NCBI GenBank assembly: GCA_965369655.1
Contig: CBDUQR010000008.1
Coordinates: 1 to 64,000 of the forward strand
Source of the DNA: an uncultured bacterium
GTDB taxonomy: Bacteria > Zixibacteria > MSB-5A5 > JAABVY01 > JAHJOQ01
Reading direction: 5' to 3'
DNA: 64,000 nt
Below the pieces are notes generated by a model. It was not told the origin of the DNA. It made no database searches and saw only the letters and a program-made list of their open reading frames with translations. Every line of letters begins with the position of its first letter. Position 1 is the first letter of the stretch. Of this stretch, positions 1-8,028 are shown in pieces. Position numbers and translations under genes: made by a program.

Positions 1-420
1 AACAAAGAGCTTGGTCGTAAGGAGGGGATGGCGAAAGATTACGGCAACCTCGGGATTGTGTATCAGACTCGCGGCGATCTGGACAAGGCGGAGGAGATGC
101 ATTTGAAGTCTCTGAAGATCGAAAAAGAGCTTGGTCGTAAGGAGGGGATTGCGAGTGATTACGGCAACCTCGGGATTGTGTATTTGACTTGCGGCGATCT
201 GGGCAAGGCCGAGAAGATGTATCTGAAATCTCTGGAGATCAACAAAGAGCTTGGTCGTAGGGAAGGGATTGCGAGTCAGCACGGCAACCTCGGGAATGTG
301 TACCTGACTCGAGGCGATCTGGACAAGGCCGAGGAGATGTATTTGAAGTCTCTGGAGATCAACAAAGAACTAGGATTGAAGGAAGGGATGGCGAAAAACT
401 ATCTCAATCTGGGACTAATC
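1..420 (+). repeat. 120-bp tandem coding repeats (TPR units)
   Basis: Units at 1, 121 and 241 begin with near-identical aaagagcttggtcgta.gga.gggat; the unit at 361 is more diverged. Confidence 0.9.
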
Positions 421-567
421 TCGGCAAATCGTCGAGATATAGATGAAGCTACTCAATACTGGAAGAAAGCGCAGCGATTGTACAAGCAGATCGGGATTAC
501 GAGAGAAGTACAGAAGGTCACAGCGTTGCTGGATAAGGCGCTGGAACAATCAACTGGCGCGAAGTGA
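1..567 (+). CDS. Tetratricopeptide repeat protein, 5' partial
   Basis: Frame is open from base 1 (NKELGRKEGM...). Contains 40-aa TPR units (YGNLGIVY...GDLDKAEEMYLKSLEI). TGA at 565-567. Confidence 0.9.
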   Translation, partial: NKELGRKEGMAKDYGNLGIVYQTRGDLDKAEEMHLKSLKIEKELGRKEGIASDYGNLGIVYLTCGDLGKAEKMYLKSLEINKELGRREGIASQHGNLGNVYLTRGDLDKAEEMYLKSLEINKELGLKEGMAKNYLNLGLISANRRDIDEATQYWKKAQRLYKQIGITREVQKVTALLDKALEQSTGAK

Positions 568-725
568 GCCTCGAAGAAGCGTGTCACTAAGAAACCAGGC
601 AGAAAGACCATTACAAAGAAAACCGCCAAGAAAACTGCGAAGAAGAAATCAAGAAAAGTTACAAAGAAAGTATTCCGCAAGAAATCAAAGTAGAGACCGG
701 TGGCCTGCCCCCTTGGGGCAGTTGA

Positions 726-1116
726 GTAGGGTTGAACCCGTAGCGAAGCGGGGTGATTCAGCCAATAAAGAAAGATGTCAGGATCACAGGGATCCTGACC
801 TACTCGCCATTGACAGTTCGCCAGGTGTCGGCGAGTGAGTGTGCGATTGTTTTTACAACCTTCGCATTGGTCCAGTATTCCGTATGGCATGACGGATTCC
901 AGCAACGGTGCCACCATCCCACATTGAACTTGCTGTTGTGTCAGGTCTTGAACCCGCACGAGCGGGATTGTGACCTGACACTCCATTGGCTGCATTGACA
1001 ATGGCAGCAGGTCACACAAATCCGTTAATACGGATTAGCAAGACCTGCCGCAACGGTTAACGGAGCATTCCTATGAATGGCAGAACCACTTCGTTTCACT
1101 CCGGGTTCTTCCCTAC
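726..1116. repeat. Cluster of GTAG-initiated REP-like palindromes
   Basis: GTAGGGTTGAACCCG at 726 (+); GTAG-GTCAGGATC-N5-GATCCTGAC at 776-803 (-); hairpin GTGTCAGGTC...GACCTGACAC at 938-981; GTAGGGAAGAACCCG...GCCATTCATAG at 1071-1116 (-). Confidence 0.6.
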
Positions 1117-1170
1117 TCACTTCGGTGCGCCCTATGAGAGCATCTTCCATTTCATCACAGTAATACAATC

Positions 1171-1202
1171 AAAAGAGGAGGCATCGGGGATGATGCCTCC
1201 TC
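1171..1202 (-). terminator. Rho-independent terminator of citrate synthase
   Basis: GAGGAGGCATC/GATGCCTCCTC 11-bp stem followed by TTTT on the minus strand. Confidence 0.75.
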
Positions 1203-1287
1203 AGGGTACTGTATCGAGGATACATAGTAGGGTATAATGCAGCGAACTGATATAGCGATCAGCTCGTGTTTTTTTCTTCGATAAGCT

Positions 1288-2562
1288 CTACTTCATTCCA
1301 ACGTGCTTCTTGATCCAGTCAGTTCCAACCGATTTCGGACGAGTGATCGCAGTGCCAAGCGCACGGTTGATGACCAACTGCGAGCACATTCCCATAGCTC
1401 GAGATACAGCGAAGAGCACCGTGTAGTACGGGAACTCTCTGAGTCCAAAGTGATACAGGATCGATCCGGAACCGGCATCGACATTCGGCTGCGGATTCTT
1501 GGCCTTGCCATGCTCTTTGAGCACGCCCGGAATGATGTCGAATACCATCTTGACAGTGTTGTACACGTCATCATCAGCACAGTACTTGGCGCCGAAATCG
1601 ACGAACGCGACAAATCTCGGATCCGGGCAACGCAGAACAGCGTGACCGTAACCGGGAATCACCTTACCGGAATTCAGAGTCTCCCATGCGAAATCCTTGA
1701 GCTGCTGCTCTGTCGGGAGACCGCCGAATTTATCGACGACCTGCAGAATCCATCCGAGGCATTCCTGATTTGCCAGACCATGGAGCGGACCGGCGAGACC
1801 ATTGAGACCCGCCGAGACAGAGTAGTAAATATCCGAAAGCGCGGAGCCGACCGTGTGACAACTGAACGCCGAAACATTGCCGCCTTCGTGATCGCAGTGG
1901 AGCGTCAGATAGAGTCTCATCGCCTTGTAGAAATCTTCGTCGTCGTTGCCGAGCATATGAGCGTAGTTGGCGCCCCAGTCGAGACTCTTATCGTAAGGAA
2001 TTCTCGGTCCCTTGTTATATCTCATGCGATAGATACCGGCTGCCAGAGATGGAAGCTTCGCGAGCAGATTCAGAGAATCCTCAAAGCACGGATCCCAATA
2101 TTCCTTCTTGGGAATACCTTCACTGTAACGTTTGCGGAACTCAGACTCATGCTCCATAACGAGAATACCAGTATCGAACATCGCCATCGGATGAGATTCT
2201 TTCGGCATCGCTTCGAGAACCTTCCAAACGTAATCCGGCACTTCGCCTCTCTTCACGTACTCCGCCTGGAGATCCTTCAATTCATCGGCTGTCGGGAGTT
2301 CACCGGTGAGAAGCAGGAAGAAAATCTCTTCCGGAATCTTATCTGTGAGTTCGAGAATCGGCTTGCCGCGAATAATCAGCCCCACCGCAGGCTCAACCAG
2401 CGACGTATCGCAGATCATGCCTTTCACACCGCGCATACCGCCGTATGCCTGCGCGACGGAGACTTCGGATATTTGCTTATCGGCGTGATCCTTAGCAATC
2501 GCCTTGAGTTCGTCTCGCAACCCAGGTATCTGTGCTGCAAACTTGTCTTTCAGAGCTGGCAT
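1288..2562 (-). CDS. gltA: Citrate (Si)-synthase, eukaryote/Geobacter type
   Basis: Motifs YGGMRG, DHEGGNVSA, GPLHGLANQE, PGYGHAVLR, PNVDAGSG. RBS GAAAGGAG lies upstream of the ATG at 2562. Confidence 0.95.
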   Translation of the reverse strand: MPALKDKFAAQIPGLRDELKAIAKDHADKQISEVSVAQAYGGMRGVKGMICDTSLVEPAVGLIIRGKPILELTDKIPEEIFFLLLTGELPTADELKDLQAEYVKRGEVPDYVWKVLEAMPKESHPMAMFDTGILVMEHESEFRKRYSEGIPKKEYWDPCFEDSLNLLAKLPSLAAGIYRMRYNKGPRIPYDKSLDWGANYAHMLGNDDEDFYKAMRLYLTLHCDHEGGNVSAFSCHTVGSALSDIYYSVSAGLNGLAGPLHGLANQECLGWILQVVDKFGGLPTEQQLKDFAWETLNSGKVIPGYGHAVLRCPDPRFVAFVDFGAKYCADDDVYNTVKMVFDIIPGVLKEHGKAKNPQPNVDAGSGSILYHFGLREFPYYTVLFAVSRAMGMCSQLVINRALGTAITRPKSVGTDWIKKHVGMK

Positions 2563-2802
2563 CAAAAACTCCTTTCAACTCTACTATTGATCCGACGAGA
2601 GAGTACCGCTTAATGTTGTCTATCAGTGATGCTCCTCGTTGGACTCTTAGGCTGAATGCCTCACGCTGCGGTTTTTCGCAAAATGTGAATTGGTTCACAA
2701 ATTCCTCCGCAACGTTTCCGTTAATTTGAGTACAATTTTATACTCTTTCAATGAGAAAGTCAACCATTATTTGGGTAGTGGGTCAGTTTGAAACTCGACT
2801 AC

Positions 2803-3000
2803 TCAGCTTTTTGGGCCAAGGGGATTCGCATGGCTCAACTCTGATGTTAGATCGGTCCAGATTGTCTTTACATATCCTATCTTTTCGTCATTGCTCATGT
2901 TTCCAAGTTTGGGGTCTGTGTATACAATCTTCCTGTTCGTATCAGAATCGTAATACGTGACGGCCTCGGCACCTGAAACCTTAGGATTCCAACTCATCAT
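2803..3000 (-). CDS. Small hypothetical passenger protein (65 aa)
   Basis: RBS GGGAGG lies just before the ATG; stop is just inside the left TIR; no recognisable domain. Confidence 0.5.
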   Translation of the reverse strand: MMSWNPKVSGAEAVTYYDSDTNRKIVYTDPKLGNMSNDEKIGYVKTIWTDLTSELSHANPLGPKS

Positions 3001-3091
3001 AACCTCCCTAATTCACTCTGATATTTTGGTTGCAATAAGAAAAACATGCGTCTTAAGAAATGTACACTTGGGGCGTGCGAGTGGCAAGCAT

Positions 3092-3937
3092 TTATTGTAG
3101 CTTCGCCTCTCTTTCTTCCAACAATTTCACAATATCCTCAAGATTCCAGAGCTTGTCAGTAACACCAGCTTCCATCGCGGGCGTGACTTTCAACGTTCGA
3201 TGTATCCGAACGAAGTTGTAGTACATGAAGTGGAGGGCTACGGCATGCATGAGGTTCTCGATCTTCTTGCTGAAAGCGTTCGTCAATCTGGTAAACCGGC
3301 GCATGCTCATTCTCATTGTCAGATTCTGTCTTTCAACGTGCGATGTTGAAACCTGATCTTTTTTCGGCTTGCCGGTTACTCTATGTTGGCGACTGCCGAT
3401 ACACTTGGCTGGACTGTGCCGCGTTTCCGCTTCTGGTGCCGATCCGTACAACTTGACCAACATGGCATAGTCGATGTCAGCACCGAAAGCTTGATCTACG
3501 GCTTCGAGATAAGGTCTGTGACCGTCTGTGGTAAGCTGGACTCTGTTAGTAAGGCGACTTGCAACATCGTGCATGAATGCTTTAGCCCATTCCGAATTAC
3601 GAAGACCGACTAACCATGTAACAACAAGTTTAGTATCAGGATCAATAGCTACCCACGTCCAAACGTCGCCAACACCAAACTGATCTTTCATATCATCAGA
3701 GACGTTCTTCTGTTTGGCATAGCAGAATGACCAGATTTCGTCACACTGTATGCGCCTGCAATTGAGGTTGCGAAGAACGCGATCCTGATACTCTGCGCAA
3801 ACTTCGCCTACATCAGCCAAGAGCTTGACTACGGTGTTTTTAGCAACTCCAGTCATGCGGACTGTTGAGCGGATCGAGTTTCCCTCAACCAATGCCGCAA
3901 AGACCTGAACTCTTTTTTCTGTTGTTAGCTTATTCAT
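3092..3937 (-). CDS. IS1-family DDE transposase
   Basis: N-terminal HTH (EGNSIRSTVRMTGVAKNTV); QCDEIWSF, LTTDG and VERQNLTMR...RRFTR motifs. Confidence 0.9.
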   Translation of the reverse strand: MNKLTTEKRVQVFAALVEGNSIRSTVRMTGVAKNTVVKLLADVGEVCAEYQDRVLRNLNCRRIQCDEIWSFCYAKQKNVSDDMKDQFGVGDVWTWVAIDPDTKLVVTWLVGLRNSEWAKAFMHDVASRLTNRVQLTTDGHRPYLEAVDQAFGADIDYAMLVKLYGSAPEAETRHSPAKCIGSRQHRVTGKPKKDQVSTSHVERQNLTMRMSMRRFTRLTNAFSKKIENLMHAVALHFMYYNFVRIHRTLKVTPAMEAGVTDKLWNLEDIVKLLEEREAKLQ

Positions 3938-3945
3938 ACTGACCT

Positions 3946-3974
3946 AATATACGTAAGCGGTCACGCATTGTCAA
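3946..3974 (-). promoter_or_regulatory. Sigma70 promoter of the transposase (leaderless-like)
   Basis: TTGACA-17nt-TATATT, 8 nt before the ATG; no clear SD. Confidence 0.65.
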
Positions 3975-4037
3975 GAGAAAAATGCTTGAGCGGTCAAGAA
4001 AATTATCTTGGCAATCTGCCGATAATAGTGTATATAA

Positions 4038-4109
4038 TGGTGGAGCCGTCGGGAATCGAACCCGATCCGCGCGAGTCCAAAGTCCGCTGGAGTCACCCTG
4101 ACCGGCCCC
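4038..4109 (-). ncRNA. tRNA-like RNA (Ala-type acceptor, degenerate D and anticodon arms, encoded CCA)
   Basis: GGGGCCG/CGGCTCC acceptor with G3-U70, discriminator A, CCA; T arm TCGGG-TTCGATT-CCCGA; loop CTTTGGA. Confidence 0.65.
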
Positions 4110-4115
4110 ATCTTC

Positions 4116-4153
4116 GGCTCAGACAAGCGTACGTGGCCTGTCTGAGCCTTTTT
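4116..4153 (+). terminator. Terminator-like hairpin inside the IS
   Basis: GGCTCAGACA/TGTCTGAGCC stem followed by TTTTT on the plus strand. Confidence 0.55.
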
Positions 4154-4319
4154 CTATATCTCTATACACCAGAAGGGTCGATTTCCCTTCTGAGAATGGG
4201 TAATGGTGGCGGACGAATCCGCCTAAGAAGTAATAATATAATTTTACTTGACAAGAACCTTGCAGATATGCTTCCTTGCATTCGTAGCCTCCATGACGTT
4301 AGTGGAGTTATTGATTATT

Positions 4320-4348
4320 AGCCGGTGTTCGCTGCACCGGCTTTTCTT
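4320..4348. terminator. Hairpin just downstream of the HARE-HTH gene
   Basis: AGCCGGTG/CACCGGCT stem; T-tract on the plus strand. Confidence 0.5.
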
Positions 4349-4790
4349 ATTTCTTCAACCTATACGTCCTCGGTCCTACTTTTTCAAATACATCAGGCTC
4401 ACGCTGAATACTGGACTCAACGGAATTCTTAGGGCTGTCTGTCCTGAACTCGTATCCACCAGCTTTGAGTCCCGCAACAACTTCATTCAGATGTAGAGGT
4501 CTTTGCGCTATAGACAATACGATCTTGCAAGCCTCGACAATCGTCTTATCCTTGAGCCGACCATCCAGAGATACGTCGCGCTTTTTGGGGAACATTTGAT
4601 TCTGCAACATATGATGAATTCCGCTGAAGTGGCCTTTCATCTTGTGAATCTCTTGTTTTTCCTTCTCTAACTGATTGATTTCAGTTTCAATCTCACGTAA
4701 TCTCTGGTCATACCCCTTCAATCTCTGTTCGAGGTCTTCAAAGTCTATCGCGTCCAGCGCGTCATAAAGGCTATCATATGGGTCTGTCAT
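4347..4790 (-). CDS. Coiled-coil plus winged-HTH (HARE-HTH-like) passenger protein
   Basis: RBS AGGAGG; heptad-like N-terminal half; C-terminal TIVEACKIVL...PLHLNEVV...SPKNSVES...FEKVGPRTYRL. Promoter TTGACG-17-TATTGT at 4814-4842. Confidence 0.75.
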   Translation of the reverse strand: MTDPYDSLYDALDAIDFEDLEQRLKGYDQRLREIETEINQLEKEKQEIHKMKGHFSGIHHMLQNQMFPKKRDVSLDGRLKDKTIVEACKIVLSIAQRPLHLNEVVAGLKAGGYEFRTDSPKNSVESSIQREPDVFEKVGPRTYRLKK

Positions 4791-4885
4791 AAGTCCTCCT
4801 GTCAATCAAAGGTACAATAACAGATTGTTGAATTCACGTCAAGTAAAATGTGTAACAATAATTGGGCTGTTGTACAATAGTGGAA

Positions 4886-5167
4886 TTAGTCGTCTTCGGA
4901 TTGGTCGGCTTTCTTCCTCCAACGCGCATTAGCCGCCCTACGTGCGGCTTCTGAGCGTTCTTTAGGGGTCATTCTTGCAGCTCGTGCCTTACCGCCTTTC
5001 AACCCTCCGCGTCGTCCGAGAGCTACGGCAGCAGGGTCTTTACCTGAATTTTCTGGTGGGGATTCTGGTTCTTCTGGCGGGGATTCGTCAGTTGCCTGTT
5101 CGACAATACTGTGAGCCAGTTCGTTAATATCTGGCCGCTTTTTCTTCTTGCTTGATCGGTCACGCAT
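4886..5167 (-). CDS. Small basic KGG-motif protein (putative nucleic-acid binding)
   Basis: KDPAAVALGRRGGLKGGKARAARMTPKERSEAARRAANARW. Start placed at the ATG at 5167, 6 nt after a TTGACA-16-TACCTT promoter. Confidence 0.8.
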   Translation of the reverse strand: MRDRSSKKKKRPDINELAHSIVEQATDESPPEEPESPPENSGKDPAAVALGRRGGLKGGKARAARMTPKERSEAARRAANARWRKKADQSEDD

Positions 5168-5470
5168 ACCATCAAGGTACAAGTCCCGATCAGAATGTCA
5201 AGAAGAATCGCTGTCAGGAAAATTCAAACTGACCCACTACCATTATTTGACATTAGCTGTCCACCGGCGGTGAGAGGAAACATACATCTTCGTCCTCTGC
5301 GGCGTTTCCGCGAATAGATCATATTCCAGCTTGACTTACATTCCGTGATCGCTGCACGATTCCGTGACAACTATCTTCTTTCAGTTGGCGCGATTCTCAT
5401 CACAGATACGACAGTCACCTCTTGTGAATTACTGGCGAATCATTATCTTTGCGCCGATGGATTTGATATC

Positions 5471-7837
5471 ATGACCGATAACGAAGCATTAGAAATACTC
5501 GAGTTCGACAAGATCAGGACGATGCTCGCGGGCAAGTCGCTAACCCCCGCAGGCAAGGAACTCGCGCTCGCAATCGAGCCTCTCGAAAACAACGGCGATA
5601 TAAATCGTATCCTCGATGAAACGACCGAGATGGTCGAAATACTCAGCTTCGAGGAACCCTTCCCCCTTCAGCGAATAGATGACACCAATCGACTGCTGCA
5701 TCGGGTCGCGACCGAGGGCACTTATCTCGATCCATCCGAACTGCTGAAAATAAAGATCTTCGTCGAGATCTGCGGGAGACTCAAGAAATATATCAGGAAC
5801 AAATCCGACAAGTATCCGCTGATCGCAGAACTCATAAGCAAAATGAGTTTCGCGCAGGAAATAATCGACGCTATTGACAAGGCGATTGACAAAACCGGCG
5901 AGGTCAAAGACTCCGCATCGCCGGAACTCCGCAAGATCAGGATCGAAAGGAGTTCAACGAGAAACAAGATACTGAGCAGGCTCGAAAAGATCATCGGGGC
6001 CAGGACCCAGCGAGGCACATACCAGGATGACATCATCACAGTCAGGGATGGGCGATATGTCATACCGATTGCCGAGGGCGACTTCACGACGCAATCCGGC
6101 GTCGTGCATGACAGGTCGAAATCTGGCGCCACGCTCTATGTCGAACCGCTCGAAACCGTCGAGTTGAACAACCGTCTCCGAAAACTCGACTCACAGGAAG
6201 AGAAAGAGATCACCAGGATACTCATCTCGATCGCCGACTTGATTCGAGAAGAATTGGCGTCGCTTCAGGCAAGCTACGATGTATACGCGGGGATTGATTT
6301 CATTCATACCCGTGGCCAGTTGTCCCTGCAACTCGATGCAAACAGACCGATGATCATATCCGAGAGCAGGGTCAGGCTCATTGACGCCAGACACCCGCTG
6401 CTTCTCACGCAGGCTGAGGATCGAGCGAGCGTGGTTCCGCTTTCGCTTTCGCTCGGCGGCAAGTTCGACGCGCTGGTCGTGACCGGGCCAAACACCGGCG
6501 GGAAGACGGTCGCCCTCAAGACCCTCGGCATCCTGATACTCATGGCGCGGTCAGGGCTTCATATACCAGCTAGCGAGAAGACCGAGATAGGCTCTATCAC
6601 GAGAATATTCGCAGACATCGGCGATGAACAATCGATCGAACTCTCCCTTTCGACATTTTCATCTCACCTGTCACGGATCATCAGGGCTCTTCAGGAATGC
6701 GACGACAGAAGCCTGATATTGCTCGACGAGATCGGTGCAGGGACAGACCCGAAAGAAGGTTCCGCACTCGCAGAGGCAGTGTTGATCCATATTCTCGACA
6801 AAGGCGCGAAGGCGTTCGTCACCACACATTATTCCGCCCTGAAAACTCTGCCCGAAAAATACCCGAGAATCGAGAACGCATCTCTCGAATTCGACAGGAG
6901 CACACTACGGCCCAGCTACAGATTCAAGGTCGGTCTGCCCGGATCAAGTTATGCCATCGAGGTCGCCAAACGACTCGGCATGCCGGATGAGATCATTGCG
7001 CGCTCAGAGAAAATCGTCGGGACTCAGGAGCACAGCTTGTCAAGACTCATCGAGAAACTGGAGAGTGAACTACGATTGTCGAGACAGGAAAAGTTCGAAC
7101 TCGACCGTGAAAGACAGCAGGCCGAGGAACTCCGTAAGAATCTGAACGAGCGGGAATCAGGTTTGAGAACGCGTGAGGAAACACTCAAACGGCGTGAAGT
7201 CGATGACGCTCGCGAACTTGTCGAATCAACTCGTAAGAAGCTCGAAGACCTCGTCAGGAGCATCCGTGAGAAGCAGGCGGATAAAGAGACTGTGAAGGAA
7301 GCGCACGGTCAACTCAGAGAGATGGAAAGCGATTTCACCGAACAGCGGAATCGTCTGGAGCCCCGCAAACGCCGCAAGAAAGAGAAATTGCAGCCGGGCG
7401 ATGATGTCTTCATCGAGACCCTTCAGACTTCAGGTTCCCTGCTTGAGTACCAGCAAGCATCCGATTCATGGAGAGTCCAGGTCGGCAATATGATCTCGAC
7501 CGTCAAGTCAGAATTCCTGTCGAAGCACGAGCAGAGTGATTCCAGGCCTGCGCTCCCGTCCGATGTCAATTATGCGCCGTTCGAGGACATCTCCACTCAG
7601 ATATCCGTAATCGGCCTGACCGTCGATGAAGCTATCGAAGAGGTCGACCGGTTTCTGGATCGAGTGGCAATCAGCAACCTCGACACTGTTTACATCCTGC
7701 ACGGCAAAGGCACAGGCGCACTGCGTCGCGCTATAAAGGATTTTCTCTCCAGACACCACCTCGTTGCAGACTTCCGACTCGGATACGTTTCGGAGGGCAG
7801 TTCCGGCGTCACAGTCGTCACAATCAAACGTGATTAG
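5471..7837 (+). CDS. mutS2: MutS2 family protein with C-terminal Smr domain
   Basis: LEFDKI N-terminus; TGPNTGGKT; DIGDEQSIELSLSTFSSH; LLDEIGAGTDP; Smr motif ILHGKGTGALR. Start placed at ATG 5471. Confidence 0.95.
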   Translation: MTDNEALEILEFDKIRTMLAGKSLTPAGKELALAIEPLENNGDINRILDETTEMVEILSFEEPFPLQRIDDTNRLLHRVATEGTYLDPSELLKIKIFVEICGRLKKYIRNKSDKYPLIAELISKMSFAQEIIDAIDKAIDKTGEVKDSASPELRKIRIERSSTRNKILSRLEKIIGARTQRGTYQDDIITVRDGRYVIPIAEGDFTTQSGVVHDRSKSGATLYVEPLETVELNNRLRKLDSQEEKEITRILISIADLIREELASLQASYDVYAGIDFIHTRGQLSLQLDANRPMIISESRVRLIDARHPLLLTQAEDRASVVPLSLSLGGKFDALVVTGPNTGGKTVALKTLGILILMARSGLHIPASEKTEIGSITRIFADIGDEQSIELSLSTFSSHLSRIIRALQECDDRSLILLDEIGAGTDPKEGSALAEAVLIHILDKGAKAFVTTHYSALKTLPEKYPRIENASLEFDRSTLRPSYRFKVGLPGSSYAIEVAKRLGMPDEIIARSEKIVGTQEHSLSRLIEKLESELRLSRQEKFELDRERQQAEELRKNLNERESGLRTREETLKRREVDDARELVESTRKKLEDLVRSIREKQADKETVKEAHGQLREMESDFTEQRNRLEPRKRRKKEKLQPGDDVFIETLQTSGSLLEYQQASDSWRVQVGNMISTVKSEFLSKHEQSDSRPALPSDVNYAPFEDISTQISVIGLTVDEAIEEVDRFLDRVAISNLDTVYILHGKGTGALRRAIKDFLSRHHLVADFRLGYVSEGSSGVTVVTIKRD

Positions 7838-7861
7838 AAAATAACACGAATAGGAAAGCAT

Positions 7862-7902
7862 TAAAGAACCCGCAGGCTGTTTTGCCTGCGGGCAATTTTG
7901 TT
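7862..7902. terminator. Probably bidirectional terminator
   Basis: CCCGCAGGC/GCCTGCGGG stem with U-rich tails on both strands. Confidence 0.7.
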
Positions 7903-8019
7903 GGGAGAGGCGGAGGGGGGATGCCCGACTCTAACGTCAGGTGGTTGGACAAAGTCCAACACGCACCTCTCCCAATTCATGAGTACTCGCTATGTACCCC
8001 TGTCGTTGTTGTCGTCCGG
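7862..8019 (-). ncRNA. Candidate sigma54-dependent sRNA (~160 nt)
   Basis: Lies between a sigma54 promoter and a terminator; stems TTGGGAGAGG/CCTCTCCCAA and GTTGGAC/GTCCAAC. Confidence 0.4.
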
Positions 8020-8028
8020 CATCAGTTA

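Larger units (their letters stand above)
2774..5241 (-). mobile_element. IS1-family element with passenger genes, 2,468 bp
   Basis: Perfect 19-bp TIRs GGTAGTGGGTCAGTTTGAA (2774-2792 and 5223-5241); 8-bp TSD ATTATTTG (2766-2773 and 5242-5249); internal DDE transposase; visibly AT-richer than its flanks. Confidence 0.92.

Noticed and set aside
565-567. Selenocysteine codon or alternative genetic code
   Set aside because: No SECIS-like hairpin or redox motif, and TGA is clearly a stop in other genes such as der and batD.
1303-2613. 436-aa plus-strand ORF
   Set aside because: Antisense shadow of citrate synthase with no motifs. The same applies to 18351-19343, 24482-25402 and 27709-28578.
4038-4109. 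Full tmRNA or canonical tRNA gene
   Set aside because: Only 72 nt between the 5' and 3' acceptor strands, no tag ORF, and non-canonical D and anticodon arms; kept as tRNA-like.
3968-4321. 117-aa plus-strand ORF in the IS
   Set aside because: TTG start, no RBS, runs through terminator-like hairpins; it is the antisense translation of the tRNA-like RNA.
5345-5470. N-terminal extension of MutS2 in the ORF track
   Set aside because: Family similarity begins at ATG 5471. Similar over-extensions were trimmed for rlmN, batE, Omp85 and the ATPase.
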